Shown piece after piece: positions 23,701 to 34,030 of a stretch of 64,000 bases of DNA. The translations under genes were made by a program, and so were the position numbers. The stretch is taken from the NCBI GenBank assembly GCA_001949185.1, contig BDGG01000004.1, positions 2,856,912-2,920,911 on the forward strand. The letters are read 5' to 3'. Under the pieces are notes generated by a model. It made no database searches. It saw only the letters and a program-made list of their open reading frames with translations, and was not told the DNA's origin. Positions within the stretch are counted from its first letter, which is position 1; each line of letters starts with the position of its first letter. The DNA is from Ramazzottius varieornatus (taxonomy: Eukaryota; Animalia; Tardigrada).

Positions 23701-26700
23701 TGAAGCCGTTTTTCAGTAGTACTGTGACTACTGTTAAGTCTACCGAAGCTCTTCGGGCTTTTGCATTTTATAACAATCCTCCTTGACAAGATAGAAAGTT
23801 TAACTGCTGATCAAATCAAAAGAGCCGTGTCCCGTCGAGAAGGAATTAATCTGTAGCGACGGATGCGTAGTGCGTGATGATGGACAGAGGCTAGTCCTCG
23901 TCAGCATGTTGGTTAGCCGACGGTAATTATGCTCACTGACTCCGAAGATAGCTGATCAAACGAATGGAACACTTGAAATTGATTTATAAGTGACAAGCCG
24001 TCAAGCGGTCGGTGAAGCAGAACACTCTCAATTCTGTGTAATAACGGAGACGGATCTATACACAGCCAGAGAATACCTGTCTTTGGAAGCTAAAGAAAAT
24101 ATGATCGTCGATGGGGCTTTTTTGGGTCGGTTTATCGCAAGAAAGACATAACATGACGAGGGTGTAGATTTTGGCAGACCGCACACTTCTCACTTAATTA
24201 TGCGTTACGCATGTTAGTCGGTTATTATTTCCAACAATAATAGGCGATTTGGAGTGCTGGTTTGATCTTGACTGTAATTATAGTGTGATTGAACGACGCG
24301 GTGTGGCGCTTTACTCTGCTGATTTCACACGTGTGAATGCTCCGTAGCAGCTCGCTAGTCGTTACGGTCTTTCGTGACAAAGCAGATGCGGATCAAATCT
24401 GTGCCACAGGGTTCCCGGATGATTAACGGACTTGGAAGACCTTAAACTTCAAAGCTAGACAAAGAGCGAATCGCACTCAGTTACTTTATGAACTTGGACG
24501 GTTTTCTTATTTCTGGAATGGGTTAAGCGAAAGGCTAAAGATAGTTGCTGGTCCATCGTGAACCCTTTTAAAAAAAATATCAGAGCGATGGCGAAGGACA
24601 GAACGGTGATTTATGAAAGATGTTCTGCCTCCTAAGTACAGTCTGGACTGTTGAGTTTTACAATTCCGACACCCCGCCAAGTTAAACGGCGGAAGATAAT
24701 TATGTGGGTGACGAGGTTCATGTGCGTGGTTTTACGGGTCAAAAATAGCTGGGTGGTGACTAGAAAATGTTTGGGGTCGTTAAGAAGGCGCTATTTGCAA
24801 TTCAACGAGACTGCTCCTTAAAGAAGGTGGGGGTCTTGGAGTTGACGGTCTCTGTAACGACTTATTCATCAATGTATGTTCTTTTCTGGTCGTAGATTAT
24901 GGACGATTACTTCTTGTTCGAGCACAAAAAGGTGAGACGGAGATCAAGGAGGAGCAGCAACTGGGCGCACAAGGATCTCATGGAAAACCCAGAGGCAAGT
25001 CCGTAATAAGTAGCGTACTTTGTTATTAATGCTGCATCTAACAGATGGCGCACAACATCGTAGAACCGTCCGAATTAGACACGCCTTAGTAAGCACATCA
25101 GGCTTTTCCACAATCAGAAACTTCTCCTGGTGAATCTAGCGTGTTTGTAATCATGAGTTTCTGCAGATTGATTAGAAAGATTGAAAATCGCAATAATATG
25201 AGACGTGCAGCGAACGTCTCAGTTGACTCGTTTTTGATCGTTATGGTAGTTGAGTTCCAGTGCTTGAAATTTCGACAATTTCAAGGATCACTATTCATCG
25301 CACGCATCAACGTGCCGTTTCATCAGATGAGCGTAATTGCTCTGGGAACTGGACCCGTCAAAATACTTGAATAGTGTAATCGACAGCGCGCCTTTGGTGT
25401 CGAAGAATTTAAACAGGTAAAAAAAGGCCGCAATGATGTAACCCAAGACTAAACACTGATAACTTGAATAAGTGCAGAGATGAGGTGCTCATCCGGTGGC
25501 AGACCAAGTTGTCAACTTTGATGACCTATTAGAAGCCCTTTAGGAGCTTTTTACGATAGGCACATTGCAGGAAATAAATGACGCATCTGCGTAACATGGC
25601 TGCATGGCGACCTTGCCATACATGTACCTCGAAATTTTACAACTAACTTATATTACGACGGAAGTATCCTACTTCCATAAAAGTGGGACTGAGTCGCAGT
25701 ATGACATACCAGAAGCAACGAATTACCCATGGCAGTCTGAATGTAAACTACCAAGGATACAAACACTGTGTAATCTCGGAAGCAGTACGAGCGGTGGTAC
25801 TGTTGGTAGCGTACCCTTATGATGTTTACTAGACAGATCTGATTATTCAGGTTCACTGGGCACAGCAGCAGGTGATCAAGAAACGCACAAAGAGAGACTT
25901 CGGAGGTCGCTCTCATTATCATTCCCATCAAAAGTCTTTCGACGATATATTCAACGATCCCGGTAGGTCCCCCAAAACATATCTCTGCATGCCATGAATC
26001 TTGTCGGAAATTCTGATCTGGTTTCTTCTGTTGTAGAATGGCCGCAAATGTGGTACTTGGTAAGTTAACGATTTCCACCAGCTCTTGAAACTAACCCCGG
26101 TGCGGGTTCTTACTGTCCGCGCCTTGTAGAATCGTGGAGATGGTCTGGACATGAACGTTCAGAAAGCCTGGCAAATGGGATATACCGGAAAAGGTGTAGT
26201 CGTCACAATTCTAGACGACGGCTTAGAAAAGGATCATCCCGATATCCATGGGAATTACGACGCTTTCGCAAGTTACGACGTCAATGGTCACGATCACGAT
26301 CCTCAGCCGCGATACGATCCCTCGGTAAGTAGCGCCATGTACGAGTACTGACTTTCAAAGTGCAGGATAATGGTGTCGTTATTTGCATGGGCATCATCTG
26401 ATAAAGCCCTGTTCTTCCAGAATACTAATCGACATGGAACACGATGTGCCGGAGAAGTTGCAGCTCAAGCGAATAATAGCAATTGTGTAGTCGGCATCGC
26501 CTTCAACGCTCGGATCGGAGGTTCGTACAGCTAGTCGTAGCTCATTCGAGTGACAAATTTACTAAACTCGTAAATATTATTCCATTTCCAGGTGTGCGAA
26601 TGCTTGATGGGTAAGTCGCTGAGGCATTACGTACGTCTGCGTTCTGTTGGATTGTGGAGTTGACCCCTGTTTATTTCGTAGTGACGTCACCGATGCAGTT

Positions 26701-29700
26701 GAGGCTCAAAGCGGTATGTATGGGTCTTTATAAAAATTTTCCGAAATGACACTCCGAATGAGTGTTCGATGTGACAGTGTTTTGTAGACTAAAGTGGTTT
26801 CGTTTTTCCAGTTGGACTGAATCCACAACACATCGATATTTACAGCGCCTCATGGGGACCTGATGATGATGTGAGCTTCGATTATTCAGCATAATTTCTC
26901 AGTCAAGCATATTCAGCATAATTTCTCAGTAAATCACTTGGTATGCTGACGACTACTTTCGTTGCAGGGTAAAACGGTTGATGGTCCAGCCTTTCTGACG
27001 AAACGAGCGTTTGTTACTGGGGTGCAGAAGGGACGCGGAGGTTTAGGTGTGAAAAAATACCATAGCTCTTCATGATGTCCCTGAAAAAGTATGATCTGAC
27101 CTTCACCCTGTTATTCAGGTTCTATCTATATCTGGGCTTCCGGGAACGGTGGTCGAGATGGTGATAGTTGCAACTGTGATGGTTACACAAACAGTATTCA
27201 AACTTTGAGCATCAGCAGCGCCACAGACAATGGACATGTGCCTTGGTATTTGGAGAAATGCTCTAGGTACGACTGGTCTTCAGCTTCATTCTTTCTGTTG
27301 TCAACTTAAACCTTCCGGTTTGTAGTACGATGTCGACAACATACAGTAGCGGTTCGTCCTCCGAACGGCAGATCCTGACGACAGACTTACACCATAAATG
27401 TACGGCGAGCCATACCGGCACTTCCGCCTCCGCTCCCTTGGCTGCCGGGATAATTGCCTTGGCTCTGGAAGCCAACCCCAAGCTGACATGGCGGGATGTC
27501 CATCATCTCGTGGTTCGAACTGCTCGGAAAGCCAACTTAAAAGCCAACGATTGGGTGACCAACGCCGTGGGAAGAAATATCTCGCACTCCTTCGGATATG
27601 GGCTGATGGACGCGCTAGCGATGGTCAACCTGGCCAAAAATTGGAAACGAGTTGGAGACCATCATCGTTGTGTCACCACCTACTCTCAAAGAAATCTGTA
27701 TGTATGGGTAGCTAAATGACCTTGAAAGGAAAGGCTTGTGATGTTTCTGTGTTTCGTCTTTCAGACGCATCCCGACAAGCGACCAAGGTAGTCTGATCTT
27801 GGTCTTGAATACGGATGGATGTCGCCATGCCGTACAGCATGTCAAGTATCTGGAACATGTTCAGGCTCAGATAACGTTGTCAGCTGCCAAAAGGGGTGAC
27901 ATTGAAATTGAATTGACATCTCCCCAAGGTAAAGATGTCGTTTTAGTGAGTGTCAGCACGGAAACCCTTCTGTCACTCATCAGCTCAACGAGATTTTTGT
28001 TGTTCTGTTCGTTAACACTCCTGTGTTTCGAATAGGTACAAAATCCACACTTTTACAACCTCGAGCACGGGACAACGGACGTCAAGGATTTCATCAGTGG
28101 CCCTTCATGTCCGTGTTCTACTGGGGCGAAATATCGTACGGAAACTGGACACTCGAGATAAAGAACGTGGGACAGTTCTCTGGTGCGAACAGTCGGAACT
28201 CGTGATAGATTTGGACAAGTTTTGCCTCTTTGAAACTTTCTCTTTGACTTTGTCTCGCTTTTGCAGGATGGGGAAATTTATATGAATGGACCCTCATCAT
28301 GTACGGTACTGAGGAAGAGCCGCCTTACGATCGAGTTGTAACGAAATACCTAGATAAAGACGACATCCCGGTCAAGGACGACATTTACGAATCCTTTCCC
28401 ACTTCTGGATCTGAAGAAATCTCGTCGGAAATGGAGATCACGTTGACTGGTAAGGTTCGCTGATGTGCTGTATTAGACAACGCAATTGTCATCACTAAGG
28501 CTTCATCGATCAAGAAGAAAGGCATATGCTAGAACCTGGGCCTGGACTGGATTGTCGGATCGCTGGACCTGGACTCTGGATTTCGCCTAGATCTGGATTC
28601 TGTATCTGGACTACAGATCCGCGGAACGCCGAAAAACGGCGGGAAAAACCAAATATATTTCCTTCGTTTTTAACAAAAAACCGCAGACGTAGATGCACAA
28701 TGAGTTGTAGGATAAGTATTTCAGATTGTAACAACTCGCGAGGTTCCCCTCGGACTACTCAATGACAGCATGGCGTAAGGCTACCACTGGTCTCACAAAC
28801 GGTCAAGGACTTGCAATTTCAGTGAATACTCGGATAAACGTTTAATCAAAATTGGTAAATAATTGCTTGTCGTCCAAACACTTGGGGAATCTTTGAAAAT
28901 TGATTATCGATCAATGGTGAGAAGCCGAACGCTGAATATGGGCTCTGGGCGGAGCTCCTCAGAAGTCTGGGGTCACGGCGTAGAGACATAATCGAGGAAA
29001 TTTGGACAAGGGCCATGGTAGCTCAAGGGTAGGGGACGCGGCCTGGGCAAATGCTAAAACCAGGGCCTGGACTGGATCGGTGGATCCCTGTATCTGGATT
29101 CTGTATCTGGATTTCCCTGGATCTGTACTCTGTATCTGGACTGACGTACATTTTAAAAATTAAAAATACAATATGCAGCCGAAAATTTTCCGAATAATAT
29201 TCTACAAAAATGGAATGTTGTCTCTGTACGTAAATTCACATAACTACGCAGTAACGGCCACCGATGCAACTCGACCGGCTTATCACGCTCCTAATGTTGA
29301 GACCGTGAAGGGCGCCAGTCTGCAACAGAACAACAAAGCTGCAGGGAGATAGATTTTTTACAGACAATGAAGTGAAGGACCAGCCTTAAATGAGAAATCT
29401 TCTGGCGCTCACACGACAGCGATATTGCTTCATCAGTGTCTGATGCACAAATGCAATAACGGTCGACGTTTTGTTCCTCATTTCCGTCTTTTTGATACTG
29501 TTATTTGAAACGTAATCCGATATTTTCGTGAGTGTTATTCTGCCTCTTGGTCGCCACTTTTGGGTCATAGAGGAGTCATCCAGCGGAAATGAGGCCGAAA
29601 ACGACAGCAGAGAGAAAAAAATTTTTGTCATTCACCTGTCACCTCCGTTTTAAAATATGATAGTCCAGATACAGAGTACAGATCCAGGCGTAATCCAGAT

Positions 29701-30431
29701 ACAGGGATCCACCGATCCAGTCCAGGCCCTGGTTTTAGCATCTGCCCGCGGCCTGCCATGTGGAGGCCAAGAAATTTCAAGAAAAATCTGAAGGCCTCTC
29801 TTGCCCTTGTCAAATTTCATCAGCTGTGCCTCTACCCCATGACCCCAGACTTCTGAGGAACCTTGCCCACAGCCCATATTTAATCGAATTTTCCGCTCAT
29901 TTATCTTAAAAACTCACTGTATCCGCCACAGCACGTTTTTGATTTTGATTCCATAAAGGAGAACTGATAAAACATGTAGCCCGTGAAATTTTGTGGTTGA
30001 TCAAGGGTAATTTGAGCGTAGTGTTCCGAGCCTTACGCCATTTTGCCGTCAAGTTGCTGGAACTACGTCTGCGGTTCTCTGCCACAGAAAACAAGTGTTT
30101 GGTTTTTGCTGCCGTTCTCCGGCATTTTGCGGATGCGGTCCAGATACCGAGTCCAAATCCAGGCGAAATGCAGTCCAGGCCCAGGTTTTAGAACATGCTA
30201 TCACGAACCACGCATCGACAGTTCTGACAGAGTGTTCTGATTGCAGCAACCTCAGCGTACTATGATACGGAGGTGAGGAAGAAGGTTACCGTAGTTCCCA
30301 CCCGAGACTACACAGACCCTATGGACTCCTGGACAAACAAGCATCAGTTTTCCGGAAGTACAGCAGTGTCCACCGGTTGGACAGCTTGTGTTACGATTGT
30401 GTTTCTTTTGTTCCTTCGCTCAGCGCTCTGA
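20785..30431 (+). CDS. Furin-type proprotein convertase (Fur1-like), about 16 exons, no Cys-rich domain, hydrophobic C-terminus
   Basis: Prodomain [23 protein letters not shown]; catalytic [40 protein letters not shown]; P domain [36 protein letters not shown]; last exon 30247-30431. Start at 20785, 20812 or ~20845. Confidence 0.93.
21241..21362. repeat. 53-bp-core fold-back family, copy B (furin intron 1, opposite orientation to A)
   Basis: Core 21272-21325 CTCAAGTGGCGCA..TGTGCCACTTGAT; internal GTTATTGGCTG is the reverse complement of copy A CAGCCAGTAAC with one mismatch. Confidence 0.65.
28523..30197. mobile_element. Nested fold-back/MITE complex filling the last furin intron
   Basis: Outer arms ~28523-28692 / 30063-30197 and inner arms ~28935-29158 / 29648-29880; all four arms share (A)TGCTAAAACC(A/T)GGGCCTGGACTG and TCTGGA submotifs. 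Confidence 0.85.
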
Positions 30432-30877
30432 CCTACGCCCCCCGAATCCTGAAACTCTACTCGAGGCCTGCCATTGCGGACCAAACGCTTACTCATTTCC
30501 GTGTTCTCGTCTTGCTGGGGACACTTGTGATATTTTCTTTTTGTATTTATTTTAACATTTACCTGCAGAAATGTTCTTCTGCAGCCAAAGGTCTTTGTTA
30601 TCTGTTTTCAAGCTAACATTCCAGTTTCAAAATTTAAAGCGGTTTTATGTCCAGTAGTATTTTTTTTGCGGCAGGTTTCCGGTTTAAAAATGGTTCAGTT
30701 TTTGTCGTTGTTACAGTTTTAGATTTTATCGGTGTTGAGTACTCACTGTGAAATTGAACTTCAGAGTGACCGGGGACTTCCGGCGGGTTTGTTTGTAGAG
30801 CTTCGGGTTTGAAAAGTTTGGAAAGATCGTGCTTTATTTTAAAGGCGCACTCCGTTAAGAAACCTCGACTTGGTGTA

Positions 30878-31063
30878 CACGCACGACGGGAAATTATGGA
30901 GCCAGTAAAAATTATGGGACCAGGCCTTTTCGCTACGCGGTACGGAAGCACGCAGTAATTCACGGAAGCAATTCGTAGTAATGCACTCTTGGACACATTT
31001 CTACGTTTGAATTACCCTTTTGCCGTCTTTTCCGCCTGGTCCCATAATTTCTCGTAGTGCGTG
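30878..31063. mobile_element. Tc1/mariner-type MITE, 186 bp, TA target duplication
   Basis: TA|CACGCACGACGGGAAATTATGG..GGGACCAGGC and GCCTGGTCCCATAATTTCTCGTAGTGCGTG|TA. Confidence 0.8.
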
Positions 31064-31438
31064 TACCCTCAGAATCCGGAACTTTGGCCGGAAGGATCTG
31101 TCTCCGTACACAGAACTCCCGCTTCCCATAAACCGTGGAACTTCCTATTCCAAGCGGAAATAATCACCAGCGTTTTGCCCAGGTAGCGAAGCGGAATCAA
31201 CAGTTGCGACTTGTGGCTCGGGCCAATGAGGATCATGGTTTTCGCGCTTTCGTATGGGCAGTCTCTCTGGCATGGGGAAACCCCGGCTCGCTGTTGCCAC
31301 GCCCAGTGCTGTCACTGCTGTGTTCATAGAATCAGTCTAACGGCTCTTCCCTTTAGTTGCAACGTTGTCTGTTTCACGCGATTTGTTCTGAATTTCCGTT
31401 TTACTCCTAAGTTAAGAAATAAGCGCTATTGCGTGAAA

Positions 31439-32331
31439 ATGTCTTCTTCTTCAGGACAAACCAAAAGCGCCGCCGCGGGTGAGGATGCTGGAGTCAAGTC
31501 GAACGATCACAGCGGCAAGGAATCGGATGCCGTTGGAAGCCGCGGTAAACAAGATGGATGCCATCCTTCCCGTCTCGAAAGTCGACATTTATAAGTAGTG
31601 GTGCTTTATTGTAGGGAAGTCCAACACCGGCCAAGGTGGACAGGACGGAGGTACCACTGGCAACACCGGCGGAAATCAGTCCGGTAATTCCGGTAGCTCG
31701 GGATCCGGTGGGAGCGGCGGTAGCCAGCAAGGAGGAGATAGCAGCAACAAGTCTGGAGGCAACCAGGGCGGCAACAAGTCTGGATCCTCTGGAAGCGGCC
31801 AAAGTGGTAACCAGTCTGGAGGGAGCTCCGGCAGCAGCGGAGATTCCGGAAACCAAGGAGGCAACAGCTCTGGGTAAGTTCCGCGCCATATCGAGCAATC
31901 AACAGGTTACCGTGTAAAGTCACTGCTACCGACGCATTAGACCGTTTGCGAAAACGCAAAAACCTGTTGTGGCAAATAAGTTATGGTAAATCATGTTATG
32001 ATAATCCATGTTGTAAAGCCTGTGAACGTACGAATTTTGTACGTAACGGTAACATGAGTTGCCCTAACAAGATTCTGCATTTCCGTAATCGATCTATCGA
32101 ATAGACAGTATAAAAGTATTCTTTTGTTTTGAGTGGTTGTGCCTCTGCAGAAACCAACACGGCGGCGGACAAGGATCCAAGGGTTCGTCGGGGGGTTCGG
32201 GAGGATCTTCCGGCAGCGACGACAAGGAAGCTCGTCTAGAGGCGCAGCGTCAGCGAGAAACTTACCAAGAAGGAGACTTGCCTTCTCCATTGGGCACCGG
32301 AACTACTGGTCAAGGACATCCTCAGTTGTAA
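31439..32331 (+). CDS. Small Gly/Ser/Asn/Gln-rich disordered protein, 159 aa (exons 31439-31478, 31615-31873, 32151-32331)
   Basis: Phase-consistent GTGAGG..GTAG and GTAAGT..TGCAG introns give MSSSSGQTKSAAAGKSNTGQGGQDGG..NKSGGNQGGNKSGSSGSGQ..SDDKEARLEAQRQRETYQEGDLPSPLGTGTTGQGHPQL. This frame of exon 2 is absent from the ORF track. Confidence 0.8.
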
Positions 32332-32880
32332 ATATTGTTTCGCTTTGCTGATCGTACTGATCTGTCCATTCGAATCTTCGCCTAATTCCACATACGATGA
32401 ATTCCTATATCGAATTTTTCCTTAACTTCTCGTGTCTCTAATTGTACGTTTTGTACTGCTGACTTGGTTAAATTGAAAGGCTACAAGCCGCTACATTTTG
32501 CTGTGGCTTTACTTTTAAGTTGGCATTACTCTTTGCAAGTGCATTTTCAAGTGAACAAAATTGGACACTCTTTAATGACGTCAGTGTATAGAGCCTGGAA
32601 GAGCTTTCGACCTGGACACTTGCTAGGTTTTTGGCAGGACTGAGTTCAACTTCCTCATGTAAGCTCGATCGGTCTGTTCCGAGGAGCGCAGGTGTATGAG
32701 ATTTTTCTAAATGATCCCAGTGAGCCGACAGTGTTCCCTCTACTTCGTCCAGAAATTGAATTCAAGCCAGATCTGCGGGGGCGTTTTGGACTTCGGAAAC
32801 CGGAAACGAATCAAATGACTGGAAATCACAGTCAAGAGAGCGGTGCCACCCTCTGGCGGTGCTGTGCAGTGGGATGAGAG

Positions 32881-33280
32881 TAGAGCCCTGCAGCAGTAGC
32901 TGAAACCCGTGCTGCTTCTGCACTGCATCCGGTTTCCAGATTCTGCAACTGCACTGCATCTGCATTTTTTGGCTGTCCTCCAGACTGTAACTGCACTGCA
33001 CTGTATTTAAAAATCTAGAATTTCTGCATGTCAACGGAAATACATGTCAAATACATCGTGAACGTGGATGTTTTACGGAGGTTTAAACGCAAAATGGTAC
33101 AGTCCGACCAGAAAAACGATTTTGCTACTGTTTTTGGGGCAACAACAGTATACTGCGGCGAATGGTGCTCCCTTTTTCAAAGCTGCAACTGCATTTTCCC
33201 CCCATTTCGGCGACTGCAACTGCACTGTATTGCAGTAAAATGCAGGGCAGGCAGGACGTACTGCATGTTGCAGGGCTCTA
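32881..33280. mobile_element. Non-autonomous hAT-type element, 400 bp
   Basis: TIR TAGAGCCCTGCA / TGCAGGGCTCTA; perfect 8-bp TSD GATGAGAG (32873-32880, 33281-33288); many internal CTGCA repeats. Confidence 0.9.
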
Positions 33281-33327
33281 GATGAGAGTCATGAGACAAC
33301 ATGAACCGACAACATGAACCGTACAAT

Positions 33328-33483
33328 TGAGGGATTGCGGAAACCTGTCAGCGACGAGGCGTCAGGATCAGGAGGTCCATCCACTGATTCATTGATGCTC
33401 TGCCAATGTTGTCGTTTTTTTGAATGGATTTTCTGATCCTGATCCTGACGCCTCGTTCCAGACAGGTTTCCGCAGTCTCTTGA
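33328..33483. mobile_element. Hairpin MITE-like element, about 155 bp
   Basis: TGCGGAAACCTGTC..ACGAGGCGTCAGGATCAGGA / TCCTGATCCTGACGCCTCGT..GACAGGTTTCCGCA. Confidence 0.75.
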
Positions 33484-34030
33484 ATATATGATGCGTCACC
33501 AGCGTGATAACCACAACACTTCGTTATTCGCGCTGTGTTTTCACTCTTCTCATCTCACCCTCGTAGACGTCGTCGTAGTCTTTTAAAGCTTTCCGCAAAC
33601 TCCCGTAGATTCATCCACTACTGTGAGAATCTTAGCACTGGCGTCAGGCCCTACGGAACTTGAAGGTCGCATGCATACTGTACAATTCGCCAAGCTTGGT
33701 GGATGCTGGGAGAAGCTTGTTAGGTTAGTTGTCTATCTGTAACCTGTTTTCTGTGCTGATGTTGAATTGATGGTGTTTTCTCAAACAGGTGGTCGCGTCG
33801 GATGTTTCCAATCGCCTCGCACGATATTGTTGCTGGATCGTTGATGCCCGCTGCTGTTCGCGCCGTAATGGTGCAGAATTGGAAAGCGATGCGAAGATCG
33901 GCCGAAAGAGCTGTAACGATATGCTGACTGCCGGAAGGATGTCCGAATGCTTGTATATCGGAGTAATGACGGGTTTCGGGCGCTTGATGTGACTATCGCC
34001 TCTTAGTAATCCGATGTTCGTTGGTGAAAT

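Noticed and set aside
26883-26930. 21-bp direct duplication in a furin intron (similar small repeats at 3210-3255, 14507-14529, 52145-52190)
   Set aside because: Ordinary slippage or low-complexity repeats.
4976-30431. Neuropeptide precursor and convertase as a functional cluster
   Set aside because: They are 15 kb apart with unrelated genes between, and furin is not the main neuropeptide convertase.
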